NCBI GenBank assembly: GCA_963764725.1
Contig: CAVXTM010000016.1
Span: forward strand, 96,001 to 160,000
Source: an uncultured Gammaproteobacteria bacterium
GTDB lineage: Bacteria; Pseudomonadota; Gammaproteobacteria; JACCXJ01
Direction of reading: 5' to 3'
DNA length: 64,000 nucleotides
In this document: piece after piece, positions 21,097-31,797 of the stretch
Numbering within the stretch: position 1 is the stretch's first letter
Layout: each line of letters begins with the position of its first letter
Position numbers and translations under genes: made by a program
Notes under the pieces: generated by a model
Told to the model about the DNA's origin: nothing
The model's input: the letters and a program-made list of their open reading frames with translations, nothing else
Database searches by the model: none

Positions 21097-22506
21097 ATGC
21101 GCCGAGCGTTATTATCAGCTTTTATCTACGGGTGCTTGCTACTGGCCGGTTGCGAGGCGGGTGAGCGGGCCGGCATCAGCGCGCCCCGTTCTCCGGTCGG
21201 TCCGGTGCCGGCCGAGCCGCAACGGCCCGGCGATCCCAAACGCGGCTATCGGGCGCTCGTCACCGAGCCCTATGTGAGCTGCGGCATTCCCTACGCGGCT
21301 TACCGGGAGAGCGCCGACCCGCCCCCGCCCTCGCATCGCTTACCGGGCCGGGAGGGGCGCAACGCGGAGTTGCCTTACAATTTCACGGCGCATACGACCA
21401 AGGACGGGGTCGAGCTGGTGGTATCGAATTGCCTGACCTGCCATGCGGGATTTTTCGATGGGCGGCTCATCGTCGGACTCGGCAACGAAGCGCTGGATTT
21501 TACCGAGGACCGCGTACCCTACATTGAGGGACTGGGCGCCTACGTCCAAGACGAGAAGGCGGCGCGTGAATGGCGTAAATGGGCGGACCGGCTCGAGGCC
21601 ATCGGCCCCTACAGCACCACCGACACGGTGGGTTCAAACCCGGCGATCAGCATCACCTGGGCACTCTTCGCGCACCGCGATCCTAAGACGCTCGCCTGGT
21701 CGCAGGCAGCGCTCATCGCGCCCCCGCCCACCCGACCGTTGCCCGCCACCGTGCCGCCCTGGTGGCGCATGAAGAAAAAGCATGCGATGTTCGATACGGC
21801 TGCCGGGCGCGGCGATCACGCGCGCCTCATGATCCTCGCCTCGACCTTGTGCACGGATAGCGTCGAGGAGGCGCGGGCTATCGATGCCTACGCGCCCGAT
21901 ATACGTGCCTTTATCGAGTCCTTGCAGCCGCCCGCTTATCCGTTTGCAACCGATCAAGCGCTTGCGGCGAGGGGCCACCTGCTGTTCGAAGCCAGCTGCA
22001 CCCAATGCCATGGGACCTATGGAGAGAACTGGACTTACCCGAATCGGGTCATCGATCTGGCCCGGATCGGTACCGATCCGGCCGTGGCCCTGGCTGCCAC
22101 CGGCGGGAGCGAAGACCGATTTCTGCGCTGGCTCGGTCGGTCGTTTTACGGCGAATCCGCGCGCCTCGCCCCGGCCCGCGGTTATATCGCGCCACCCTTG
22201 GATGGCGTCTGGGCCACGGCGCCTTACCTGCACAATGGCTCGGTGCCGACGATCGACGCCTTGTTGAACAGCGGTAAACGGCCCAGGTATTGGCGCCGGT
22301 CGTTCGATTCCAAGGACTACGATCAAGAAACGCTGGGCTGGCGATATATCGAGCTTGCGGAAGGCAAGAAGGGAACGGATCCCAACGCAAGGAAATGGGT
22401 TTATGACACCACGCTGCCCGGCGCTACCAATAGCGGACATACCTTTGGCGATCATTTGAACGAGGGCGAGCGACGGGCGGTCCTCGAGTACTTGAAAACA
22501 TTGTGA
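21097..22506 (+). CDS. Diheme c-type cytochrome lipoprotein, RoxA/bCcP-MauG-like
   Basis: Lipobox LLLAGC; CLTCH and CTQCH heme motifs; PPLDGVWATAPYLHNGSVPT and NSGHTFG. Confidence 0.85.
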   Translation: MRRALLSAFIYGCLLLAGCEAGERAGISAPRSPVGPVPAEPQRPGDPKRGYRALVTEPYVSCGIPYAAYRESADPPPPSHRLPGREGRNAELPYNFTAHTTKDGVELVVSNCLTCHAGFFDGRLIVGLGNEALDFTEDRVPYIEGLGAYVQDEKAAREWRKWADRLEAIGPYSTTDTVGSNPAISITWALFAHRDPKTLAWSQAALIAPPPTRPLPATVPPWWRMKKKHAMFDTAAGRGDHARLMILASTLCTDSVEEARAIDAYAPDIRAFIESLQPPAYPFATDQALAARGHLLFEASCTQCHGTYGENWTYPNRVIDLARIGTDPAVALAATGGSEDRFLRWLGRSFYGESARLAPARGYIAPPLDGVWATAPYLHNGSVPTIDALLNSGKRPRYWRRSFDSKDYDQETLGWRYIELAEGKKGTDPNARKWVYDTTLPGATNSGHTFGDHLNEGERRAVLEYLKTL

Positions 22507-23240
22507 GGGAAACACCGGATCTCGTGGCGCATCGCGGGTATGCGCTTCATTATCCGGAAAATACCGGCGCTGCCATCCATGCCGCGCTCGCGGCTGGCGC
22601 CAAGTATTTCGAATGCGATGTCCAACTCACCGCGGACCGCGTACCCATCCTGTTTCATGACCAGACCTTGGATCGCGTCTGCGGCGTGCCCGGCAGAATC
22701 CATGACTTCAAGTTCGCCGAGTTAGCTCCACTGTCGGCCCACGAACCCGGGCGCTTCGGTGAACGCTTCCAGGGCGAACCCATCGCCTCGCTGGAGGCTA
22801 TTGGCCGCATTCTGATATCCAACCCGGAGGTCGTGGGTTTCATAGAAATCAAGACCGAGTCCATCGAGCGTTTCGGCGTAGATATGGTGTTCGACAGTGT
22901 CGATGCGGTTCTTTCGCGCTGCGCGCGCCAGGTTGTTTTGATTTCGTATTCGGGGAGGTTTATTCACTATGTGCAGGGTTACTTTATCGGTGCGGTGATC
23001 GACCGTTGGGAGGATCTCGATAGCGTACGCTTGTTGCACCCGCACTATGTCTTCTGCGATCTTGATGGGTTACCGCCCACGGGCGAGCTTCGGTGCCAAG
23101 GCGCGAAACTGGTGGTGTTCGAAGTCCGTCATGCCGCCCTGGCGTTGGCGCTCGGGGAACGCGGCGTGGAGCTCATCGAGACCTTTGCGGTCGGGGAATT
23201 ACTCGAGGAGCTTAGTGACGTTCGCGATCCTCGGCCGTGA
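22503..23240 (+). CDS. Glycerophosphodiester phosphodiesterase family protein
   Basis: VAHRGY..PENT, ECDVQLTADRVPILFHD, IEIK. Confidence 0.9.
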   Translation: MRETPDLVAHRGYALHYPENTGAAIHAALAAGAKYFECDVQLTADRVPILFHDQTLDRVCGVPGRIHDFKFAELAPLSAHEPGRFGERFQGEPIASLEAIGRILISNPEVVGFIEIKTESIERFGVDMVFDSVDAVLSRCARQVVLISYSGRFIHYVQGYFIGAVIDRWEDLDSVRLLHPHYVFCDLDGLPPTGELRCQGAKLVVFEVRHAALALALGERGVELIETFAVGELLEELSDVRDPRP

Positions 23241-24406
23241 CCGAAGACCGTTACGATATCGCCGTCGTGGGCGCAGGAATTCACGGGGCCGGTGTGGCCC
23301 AGGCCGCGGCCGGCTACCGCACCTTGGTGATCGAAAAGAGCGCGCCGGGGGCGGGGACCTCGTCCCGATCGAGCAAGTTGATCCACGGCGGGCTCCGCTA
23401 TCTCGAGAGCGGCCAGCTCCGTCTGGTTCGCGAATCGCTGCGGGAGCGTGAGATTCTGCTGCGCATCGCGCCGGGTCTCGTCCGCCGCATTCCTTTCCTG
23501 ATCCCGGTGTATCAAAACTCGGCGCGTCCGCCGTGGAAGATCCGCTTGGGCTTGTCGGCCTACGCCCTGTTAGGGGGCGGCAAGCGCGGTACTCGGTTTC
23601 GGTCGCTAGGGCGCAACGCATGGAATACGCTCGGCGGATTGCGGACAGACGGGCTGCGCGCGGTCTTCGAGTATTGGGATGCGCAAACCGACGATGCCGC
23701 CTTGACGCGCGCGGTATTGAGCTCCGCCCGGGCTTACGGGGTCGAGGTGATTTATCCGGCGATGTTCGAGGGCGCCGTGCGCGACGGCGATGCCTATCGC
23801 ATTCGCTATCGCGCGCAAGGGCAAGTACGCACCTGTGTGGCGACCGTTTTGATCAACGCCGGTGGCCCCTGGGTCAATGAGATCCAGGAACGGGCGCAGG
23901 CACCCTCGCTGGCGATCGATCTAGTACAGGGGACCCATATCGTCCTCGACCGGCCGGTGACCGATCGGGTGTTCTATGTCGAGTCACCGCGCGACCGGCG
24001 TCCCGTATTCGTGATGCCTTGGCGCGGCGCGACGTTGGTCGGAACGACCGAGACCGTGTTTCGAAGCGATCCGGAGTCGGTGCGGCCGCTTCCCCAAGAG
24101 ATTGAGTATCTCGAAGAGATGCTACACCATTATTTTCCGCGTTATCCCGGGAAACGCATGCAAGCGATGGCGGGGTTGCGCGTCCTGCCCAAGCGAGAGG
24201 CTTCACCTCAGGACCGATCGCGGGAAACCGTCCTGCTTTGCGACGACCCAGCCCGGCCGCACCTGGTGGCGATCTACGGCGGCAAGCTCACCGCCTACCG
24301 CGCCACGGCGGCGAAGGTGCTTAGGATCCTCGGACCAAGTTTACCGCCCGTTGCCAAACCTGTTCGTACCGACAACATCGATTTAAGCGCGTCAGCGTTC
24401 GATTAA
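23237..24406 (+). CDS. FAD-dependent glycerol-3-phosphate dehydrogenase/oxidase family (short form)
   Basis: VVGAGIHGAG, GTSSRSSKLIHGGLRYLE, INAGGPWV, GGKLTAYR. Confidence 0.9.
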   Translation: MTEDRYDIAVVGAGIHGAGVAQAAAGYRTLVIEKSAPGAGTSSRSSKLIHGGLRYLESGQLRLVRESLREREILLRIAPGLVRRIPFLIPVYQNSARPPWKIRLGLSAYALLGGGKRGTRFRSLGRNAWNTLGGLRTDGLRAVFEYWDAQTDDAALTRAVLSSARAYGVEVIYPAMFEGAVRDGDAYRIRYRAQGQVRTCVATVLINAGGPWVNEIQERAQAPSLAIDLVQGTHIVLDRPVTDRVFYVESPRDRRPVFVMPWRGATLVGTTETVFRSDPESVRPLPQEIEYLEEMLHHYFPRYPGKRMQAMAGLRVLPKREASPQDRSRETVLLCDDPARPHLVAIYGGKLTAYRATAAKVLRILGPSLPPVAKPVRTDNIDLSASAFD

Positions 24407-24458
24407 CTTCGCGGCGGCTTGTGGCGCGCCATGTACGCGATAAGGTATAACCCGGAGC

Positions 24459-24959
24459 GTGAAAAAACCCTATGTGTCCACCGCGCGCCCGATCCCGGCA
24501 GGTTTTTTACGCCATCCTGCACATCTTCTAGCATTGGGGTTTGGCACAGGATGTGCCCCCATAGCACCGGGTACAGCCGGAACGGTTTTTGGGGTTCTGG
24601 TGTACCTGGCGTTGCAAGCCGTCCCGGTGCTGTGGTATTTAATGGTGACGGTGGTTCTGTTCGGTGTCGGTGTGCTCGTATGCCACCGCGCGGCCGAGGC
24701 CCTGGGTACGCACGACCATCCCGCGATCGTTTGGGATGAAGTGGTCGGTTACCTGGTGGCCATGACGGCGGCGCCTGACGGTTGGGCTTGGATGCTGCTT
24801 GGGTTCGTGCTTTTTAGAGCCTTTGATATTTTCAAGCCCTGGCCGATTCGAACCATCGATGTGCGCGTTTCGGGGGGAATGGGGATCATGCTTGATGATG
24901 CCGCCGCGGGGCTTTACGCCTTTTTAATCATGCAGGTGACCGGATATTTGACGCACTAA
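24459..24959 (+). CDS. pgpA: Phosphatidylglycerophosphatase A
   Basis: GFGTGCAPIAPGTAGT, DHPAIVWDEVVG, FRAFDIFKPWPI, GIMLDDAAAG. Confidence 0.95.
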   Translation: MKKPYVSTARPIPAGFLRHPAHLLALGFGTGCAPIAPGTAGTVFGVLVYLALQAVPVLWYLMVTVVLFGVGVLVCHRAAEALGTHDHPAIVWDEVVGYLVAMTAAPDGWAWMLLGFVLFRAFDIFKPWPIRTIDVRVSGGMGIMLDDAAAGLYAFLIMQVTGYLTH

Positions 24960-24995
24960 GCCGGCGCATCTGCTTTAATACGAGAACTAGAACCT

Positions 24996-25616
24996 ATGGC
25001 GCATTACCATCTCAGCTCGGTTTCTTCTATTGCGATTATGGGGGTGCTGTTTTTTGCACCCCAAGCGCACGCCGATGTCTACAAATACGTCGATAAATAC
25101 GGCCGCGTCTACCTCACCGACCGGCCAAGCCATTCTGGCTATACACGCATTGTCCGGACCTTGAAGGGTTGGACGCTGCCCTCGGGCAAGGGATATTCCA
25201 ATAGCGGGAAGAATCGTAGCCTCTATGGCCCGGCCATCGCCCAGGCGGCACTCAGGTATAAGCTTCCTCACGCCTTGTTGCATGCCGTGATTAAGGCCGA
25301 ATCGGCTTACAATCCAATAGCGGTCTCGCGCGCCGGCGCGGTGGGGCTCATGCAGCTCATGCCCGGTACCGCGCTACGCTACGGCGTCATCAACCGTAAA
25401 GATCCCATCGCGAACTTGAGCGGCGGGTCGCGTTACCTGCGCGATCTCATGGGCATGTTTAAGAACAACCTGGTGCTCGCGCTTGCGGCCTATAACGCGG
25501 GTGAAAATGCCGTGATCCGCCATGGCCGTAAGATCCCGCCCTATCCAGAAACCCAAACCTACGTGCGGCGCGTGCTGCAATACTATAAGCAATACCAGCT
25601 TTCGATGAGCGGGTGA
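24996..25616 (+). CDS. Lytic transglycosylase (DUF4124-like N-terminus + SLT domain)
   Basis: Signal peptide, VIKAESAYNP, GAVGLMQLMP, ALAAYNAGE, PPYPETQTYV. Confidence 0.92.
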   Translation: MAHYHLSSVSSIAIMGVLFFAPQAHADVYKYVDKYGRVYLTDRPSHSGYTRIVRTLKGWTLPSGKGYSNSGKNRSLYGPAIAQAALRYKLPHALLHAVIKAESAYNPIAVSRAGAVGLMQLMPGTALRYGVINRKDPIANLSGGSRYLRDLMGMFKNNLVLALAAYNAGENAVIRHGRKIPPYPETQTYVRRVLQYYKQYQLSMSG

Positions 25617-25802
25617 GAGCGCTTACTGCGCACCGCTCGCTCCTCGACGATCCAGTTGATATGTCTCGTCGCTCACTCCCCGGCTCCTGGCGCTCGGGGC
25701 CGCTCGCGACGTATCTCTCACAAACCCGGCCATCGGCTTACGATCCGGAGGGAGTGATGAGCGGGATCGGTTCGCGCCTGTGTTTTCTATAGAGAGTGAA
25801 GT

Positions 25803-25899
25803 CCGAGCCAGCTCTGCCAGATTTCGGCCCGCACCTGTTGCACCGCCTTCTTGTTGGTGGTGTTCTCCCACAGCACCAGGTTTGGGGGCATATCGTCAT
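25803..25899 (-). pseudogene. DUF1156 adenine methylase remnant
   Basis: ATGA overlap with the upstream stop, then LVLWENTTNKKAVQQVRAEIWQSW, matching my recall of DUF1156 proteins (LVxWENTTNExVLxxARxEIWQSW). Confidence 0.6.
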
Positions 25900-27280
25900 G
25901 GGAGAACGACGCCGGAGCGATCAGCGATCCGTTGAGCGAGCTCAAGAAAGTCGGTGTAGGCGTTTCGAGCTGCCTGGCTATGTGCACCGATCGCACCATC
26001 AGCCGGCTTGAGGAAGAACACTGGCTTGCGGGCCTCCATCGCCATCGGCATCAAGCTCCGGTAATGCTTGAGCATCGCCAGACAAAATGGATCCGTGGCG
26101 GCAATCATCGCGGCACCTGACGATTCATCGAGCACCGACTGCCGGTACTCGGCTGGAAAGCGGTCGATCCAACGCTGGTAAGCTTTGGGCGGCCGGTTTT
26201 CGCGCATGCCATGTTGCATTACCACGTAGCCCAATGGCTCAATCTGTCCCGAGGGCAGTTCCATCGCCGGATCGGGGTTCTTGTCGGACAGCTCCGTCCA
26301 ACTCGCGCGCCAGGCGCGAAGCGAGGGCGCAAGGTTGCGTAGCCCCTGCAAGGAGAACAGGTCGGGACCGAGTGGGATCACCACGTGTTGGCTTGCGATT
26401 AATGCGGCACGATTGATTGCGCCGAGGTTGGGCCCGACGTCGATTAGCACCCAGCTTGCGTCCAAGGCCAACGCCGCCTGACGCATCCCCCGGTAGAAGG
26501 CCGTCATCGTACGGAATGACGATTCGTCCTTATTGTGGCAGCGGGGCCAAGCGTCGGAAAGTTTGTCCTCGAACGTTGATAGTGCCAGATCCCCGACGAC
26601 GAGCCCGAGACAAGCGTTGATTTGCTCCACATACGGCGTTTGAACGTCACCGAGGCCACGGATGATGGGTCGCAGCGCACCGAATATGGTTTTGGGGGCT
26701 AGTTGTTGCTCGACTGGCCGAATGTTCTCGGCGATCACCTCCGGAGCAACCGCCTGCTGCAGGTACTCGATCAGGAACAGTGATTTGGAAAGATCATCCA
26801 GAGTGCTGCCCAGGCACGGCTGTGCGTCGAATGTCCTGACATGCGAGACGCGCCGCTCGATAAGGATACGTTCCTCTTGCTCTGACGCGTAACCGCGACG
26901 TGGGCCAAGGCGGATGCAAATGCGGCCCTTATAGCGCACCGGCGGAAGTAGCGAAGGCTGTACCCTGACAACGGCTACCTCGCCTTGCGTCGTGATGATC
27001 TTCTCCACCCTGATCGTGGGTAGCGGTTGGATGTTACCATCGTCGCGCAGGCCTCCAAGGTTGCGCAGCAGTTCGTCGGTTATGGTGATACGTGCAAATC
27101 GCCCCACGTTGTTGACACCGACAATCAAGTGACCAGGGCGCCCGTGATTCGGCAGGTCGTTGGCAAATGCACAGACTGCTTCGGAGAATTTGTCTGTGTC
27201 TCGAGTCGAGATGGTGAACTCGACTAGGTCTGCTTCGTGCTGGGCAATCAGCTTCTCCAGCTCTTGTTCGGTCAGGTTGC
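25896..27280 (-). pseudogene. Chimeric ORF: Schlafen/AlbA_2 N-half fused in frame to ParA-family C-half
   Basis: LTEQELEKLIAQHEADLVEF..AVCAFANDL..LIVGV (AlbA_2) joins near 26700 to ParA-like GDLALSTFE..VLIDVGPNLGAINRAAL. No Walker A and no in-frame start. Confidence 0.7.
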
Positions 27281-27289
27281 ACTAATTCG

Positions 27290-27552
27290 GTTCCGCGGAG
27301 CGCTGGCATAAGCGGCTCCAAGTTGTAGTTACACTGGTCACGCCGAAATCCGGTTCACGCTGAAACGGCCGGCGCAGGTAGCGCACCTCGTACGCGTCGC
27401 CGTCCCGGAACTCGACCGGGACGGACGAAAGCGGCAGATGACTGACCATGGGGCGCGACCAGCAACTTATCTAAGGCGATCCGCTCATAGCACGGCAGGA
27501 CGGCCTCGCCGATGCCGACGACCGTGACCAGTGAGTCCGGCAGGACGCCGCG
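27290..27552 (-). pseudogene. Collapsed SNF2 helicase-DUF3883 gene (N-terminal, middle and C-terminal snippets)
   Basis: RGVLPDSLVTVV / GIGEAVLPCYERIALDKLLVAPHGQSSAAFVRPG / VEFRDGDAYEVRYLRRPFQREPDFGVTSV(NY). Confidence 0.65.
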
Positions 27553-27571
27553 ATAATTTATTCACAACCGA

Positions 27572-29251
27572 TCACTCGTCCGTCACACAGCCTTCCGATG
27601 CCGATTTCACGTTTTTAATATACTTGTAGAGCGTTCCGCGCGCCGCCTTGTAGGGCGGGGGTATCCATCGGGCTCTACGGCGGGCGAGATCTTCATCCTC
27701 CAGCTCGACGCTCAAACAACGTTCGGCTGCATCGATGGTGATCCGGTCGCCGTCGTGAATGAGCGCGATCGGTCCGCCTTCCTGAGCCTCGGGGACCACG
27801 TGCCCGACGATGAAGCCGTGGGACCCGCCCGAAAACCGCCCATCGGTGATCAAGGCCACATCCGCGCCGAGCCCCGCGCCCATGATCGCCGAGGTTGGGG
27901 TCAACATCTCCGGCATCCCCGGTCCGCCTTTCGGACCCTCGTAGCGGATCACGACGACATCGCCTTTTTGGATCTGATTTTTTTCCAGCGCGGCGAGCAT
28001 GGCTTCCTCGGAATCGTAGACCCGGGCCGGCCCGGAAAACTGCAAGCCTTCCTTGCCGGTGATCTTGGCCACGGCGCCGCCCGGCGCGAGGTTTCCCTTG
28101 AGGATCTGGATATGACCGCTCGTCTTGATGGGCCGTGCGAGCGGCCGCACCAACTCCTGGCCCGGTGCAAGCCCCGCGACGGCGGCTAGATTCTGGGCCA
28201 TGGTCTTCCCGGTCACCGTCAGACAGTCCCCTCGCAAGAAACCGTTTTCCAACAGGTATTTCATCACCGCCGGTGTTCCGCCGATCTGATGCAGATCCTC
28301 CATGACGTAACTGCCGCTCGGTTTGAGATCGCCGAGGTAGGGGGTGCGATCACTGACCGCTTGAAAATCGTCGAGATCGAGTTTGACTCCGACCGCGCGC
28401 GCCATGGCGATGAGGTGCAGCACGGCGTTGGTCGAGCCTCCCAGCACCGTGACCAGGACCATGGCGTTTTCAAACGCCTCGCGGTTCATGATGTCGCGCG
28501 GTTTGATGTCCTGCTCGATTAAATGGCGGATCGCCGCGCCCGCCCGCAGGCATTCGTCGAGCTTCGCCGGATCGACCGCCGGCGTCGATGAGCTGTAGGG
28601 TAACGACATTCCGAGCGCTTCGATCGCGACCGCCATGGTGTTGGCGGTGTACATGCCGCCGCAGGCGCCCGCACCCGGACAGGATCTTTTCACGATGTCG
28701 CTACGTGTCGCCTCGTCGATGGCGCCCGCGAGATACTCGCCGTAGCTCTGAAACGCCGAGATGATGTCGAGCTTTTTATCGCCACGGTGGCCGGGCCGGA
28801 TGGTGCCCCCGTAGATCATGAGCGCCGGGCGGTTCAGACGGCCCATGGCCATGAGGCAACCGGGCATGTTTTTATCGCAGCCCGGGATCGAAATATTGGC
28901 GTCATACCATTGGGCGCACATCACCGTCTCGATGGAATCGGCGATGAGATCGCGCGATTGCAGCGAATAACTCATACCTTCCGTGCCCATCGAGATCCCA
29001 TCGCTCACGCCGATGGTGTTGAAACGCATTCCCACCAAACCCGCGGCGACCACCCCCTCCTTGATCTTCTCCGCGAGCCGCAAGAGATGCATGTTGCAGG
29101 TATTGCCCTCGTACCAGACACTGGCGATCCCGACTTGCGGTTTGTGCATGTCCGCCTCGGTGAGTCCGGCGCCGTAGAGCATCGCTTGCGACGCGCCCTG
29201 GGATTTCGGTTGGGTGATGCGTGCGCTGTAGCGGTTAGCGCGATGGGCCAT
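27572..29251 (-). CDS. ilvD: Dihydroxy-acid dehydratase
   Basis: [53 protein letters not shown]. Confidence 0.97.
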   Translation of the reverse strand: MAHRANRYSARITQPKSQGASQAMLYGAGLTEADMHKPQVGIASVWYEGNTCNMHLLRLAEKIKEGVVAAGLVGMRFNTIGVSDGISMGTEGMSYSLQSRDLIADSIETVMCAQWYDANISIPGCDKNMPGCLMAMGRLNRPALMIYGGTIRPGHRGDKKLDIISAFQSYGEYLAGAIDEATRSDIVKRSCPGAGACGGMYTANTMAVAIEALGMSLPYSSSTPAVDPAKLDECLRAGAAIRHLIEQDIKPRDIMNREAFENAMVLVTVLGGSTNAVLHLIAMARAVGVKLDLDDFQAVSDRTPYLGDLKPSGSYVMEDLHQIGGTPAVMKYLLENGFLRGDCLTVTGKTMAQNLAAVAGLAPGQELVRPLARPIKTSGHIQILKGNLAPGGAVAKITGKEGLQFSGPARVYDSEEAMLAALEKNQIQKGDVVVIRYEGPKGGPGMPEMLTPTSAIMGAGLGADVALITDGRFSGGSHGFIVGHVVPEAQEGGPIALIHDGDRITIDAAERCLSVELEDEDLARRRARWIPPPYKAARGTLYKYIKNVKSASEGCVTDE

Positions 29252-29589
29252 GCGAAACTCCGGAGGTTCTCAATCGTGCACCGGATATTACACGGCCCGG
29301 CGCGGTACTCACAACGGCACTAGATAATGGGTCGTTCCACCACGATGCGTCGGTTTTCCCAAATGGACCGTTTTCGCCGGCCTTGACATGACCTTCGGGA
29401 AGTGAAATGCCGGGAGTATCGATCTATCGTTCCTAGCGGGAGTTATCGACACCATGAGGTTGCTCGACCGCTTGTGCCGGGGCTAGAGCATCCCCAGCAA
29501 CTTTAGAAGGTAAGGAAACGATGAAAGCGACATCTGCTGCGCCCGGCACCGGCCATCGCGGATTACGCGACTCCCTCTCCTGCGTCAAC

Positions 29590-30369
29590 TCACGCGAGGA
29601 ACTCGACGGCACCCGTCTTCAGGTCGTAGAACGCGCCCGCGATCTTGACGGCACCAGCTGTCTCCAGCTCGGCGATCACCTTGCTGTTCTTCCTGATGTT
29701 GCCCATGGTCAGTTCGACGTTCTTCCGCGCCACCGCATCGACGAATTCCGCGTTGCCCGCCGTGCGATCCCCGGTGTATGTCGTCGCCTTGATCGCCGGC
29801 TGGATCTTCGCAAGCAACTGCGTGAGGTTGCCAAGCTTAGCGTCGGCGATTGCCCCGGCCACCGCGCCACACGCCGAGTGACCCATCACCAGCACCACCT
29901 TCGCCCCGGCGAGCTTCGTGGTGAACTCCATGCTGCCGAGGATGTCGGGGTTCTCGATGTTGCCTGCGATCCGGACGTTGAAGACGTCGCCCATGCCGAG
30001 GTTGAAGAGGATCTCCGCCGGGGCACGCGAATCGATGCAGCTGAGCAGTACGCCTGCGGGAAACTGCCCGGAGGCCGCAGCGCGCTGCTCCGCGAGGAAG
30101 TCGCGCTGGATCTTCCGCCCTTCGCGGAAGCGGACGTTGCCCTCCTTCCACTTCGCGACGATCTGGTCCGCCGTCATCTGGTCGCGCGCTTCCTTCGTCA
30201 GCGCAACGACGGGCGGTTCCTGCGCGGCGGTGGTCTCCACCGGCTTCGTCTCAGCCGCCTTCGCACCGTAGGCGCCAAGCAATCCGACCGCCGCTGCCAC
30301 GGTAGACGTCTTGATGAAGGCTCGCCTCGACGGAAAGTGACCCAGATTGCTCTTCTCGGATTCAGACAT
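29590..30369 (-). CDS. Beta-class carbonic anhydrase with Tat signal
   Basis: SRRAFIK twin-arginine motif; LSCIDSR and GHSACGA zinc ligands. Confidence 0.92.
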   Translation of the reverse strand: MSESEKSNLGHFPSRRAFIKTSTVAAAVGLLGAYGAKAAETKPVETTAAQEPPVVALTKEARDQMTADQIVAKWKEGNVRFREGRKIQRDFLAEQRAAASGQFPAGVLLSCIDSRAPAEILFNLGMGDVFNVRIAGNIENPDILGSMEFTTKLAGAKVVLVMGHSACGAVAGAIADAKLGNLTQLLAKIQPAIKATTYTGDRTAGNAEFVDAVARKNVELTMGNIRKNSKVIAELETAGAVKIAGAFYDLKTGAVEFLA

Positions 30370-30689
30370 GAGGCTGATCTCCTGGTAAGGTTGCCAGTAG
30401 GATAACGGACAGGTATCGTAAACTGTATCACGCCTCGCGGGAGGACTCAAAACGAACTGAAGGCACGGGCGCAGCGCAGTTAGCCGTCTCGTGCAGGGGC
30501 GTCTGACTGCCGGGGCAGCGCGCGAGGAGTGCTCGAGGCCGCGGACACGGAGTCGCATGAAACGATCGATCGCGATTCGTCGGGAGTGCGTGGCCGGGCT
30601 TCGCCGGCGCGACGCCGGCGCGACCAATCAGGACGAGTTCGCGCGCTGTTGAAGCGCTTCTCGCACGAGACGCACGCTGACACCGGTTT

Positions 30690-30749
30690 GTAGAGCTGAT
30701 CGATCTCCGCATGCATCCAGTGACAGTAACTGCAATCCACGTCGGTGAA
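30690..30749 (-). pseudogene. DsbC-like thiol:disulfide isomerase active-site snippet
   Basis: FTDVDCSYCHWMHAEIDQL immediately after the mipA-like stop, with no N-terminus. Confidence 0.5.
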
Positions 30750-30755
30750 CCCGCA

Positions 30756-31595
30756 CTACCACAGATAGGCGGCTCCCACCCCCGCGTACACCTGATTGGC
30801 AGAGCCGCGGTCGTCCACGATGGGGCTATCCGCCGCGTCATCCAGGAGGCGGCGGTATTGAAGGCCGGCGGCGAGCAACCACTCCCTGCTCAGGTAAAAC
30901 AGTGCCCCCAGATTGAGTCGGACGTCGTTGACCCCGCCGCTTGGCGAAAACTGGGGTAGCCCGGTCGCCGCGGCGTCGGCGGCGTCGACCCCGAAGTATG
31001 TCTCCACGTAATCGGAGTCCGCGAACTGCATGCCACCGCCGATGTGGACGTCGATGGCTTTTGTCACTGGTCGCCAGTAGCGCGCCGAAATCCTTCCCCG
31101 CAGCCCATCGCTCTCGTTGCCCACGTCTTGCTGGATAGCACCCCCCGCGACCAAGCGATGGCGCGGATTCCCCGGCTCTACGATGTAATACCAATCCAAA
31201 AATGCGCCCATCTCCACGGTGCCGTCGATCTCCTGCATGCGCGCCACCACTTCGTCTTCCACATCGTCATCGCGTCCGAAGTGATAGTTGATCAGAGGCC
31301 CGAATCGAAGGTTTGGGCGGTCGAGCACATTGAACGTCACCTCCGCTCCCAGCAACTGCACGAACCGCTTCGATCCCTCGAACTGATAACGAAAAAACGG
31401 CGCGACGCCCACCTCGTAGTCGTTTGAGCCGAGGTAATCCGGTATTGCTCCCACGGCCGCGCCGGCAATGCGCGGCACCTCCGTCTCCAATTCGAACAGA
31501 GCTTCGGCCTGGACCGAGATGCCCGTTCCTGCAAGAAACCCCAGGAGCGATAACTTGATAGCAAGCTGTCGCAATATGCGTACTTTATGAATCAT
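30756..31595 (-). CDS. MipA/OmpV family outer membrane protein
   Basis: Signal peptide, PDYLGSNDY, YVETYFGV, LLDDAADSPIV, terminal aromatic residue. Confidence 0.9.
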   Translation of the reverse strand: MIHKVRILRQLAIKLSLLGFLAGTGISVQAEALFELETEVPRIAGAAVGAIPDYLGSNDYEVGVAPFFRYQFEGSKRFVQLLGAEVTFNVLDRPNLRFGPLINYHFGRDDDVEDEVVARMQEIDGTVEMGAFLDWYYIVEPGNPRHRLVAGGAIQQDVGNESDGLRGRISARYWRPVTKAIDVHIGGGMQFADSDYVETYFGVDAADAAATGLPQFSPSGGVNDVRLNLGALFYLSREWLLAAGLQYRRLLDDAADSPIVDDRGSANQVYAGVGAAYLW

Positions 31596-31797
31596 GATCC
31601 ATCCTCTCTCTTGTCCGGAACCTGGGCCACATTTCGACCAAGTTGCTGTATTTCCGCTAAACGTGGCTCGGTTACTATCGGGATTACGGTTTAGTGGATT
31701 TCTGAATTTATCTAACCCTCAAGCAGTAACTGCAGGCTTTATGGAAAGTCTGACCGAGCTGAACGCATTCGAGGCGAAAAGACCGCCGCGCTGGATT

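Noticed and set aside
29521-30627. Plus-strand 294-aa ORF and the extended N-terminus of the carbonic anhydrase
   Set aside because: The plus ORF is an antisense shadow; the RBS and Tat motif place the real start at 30369.
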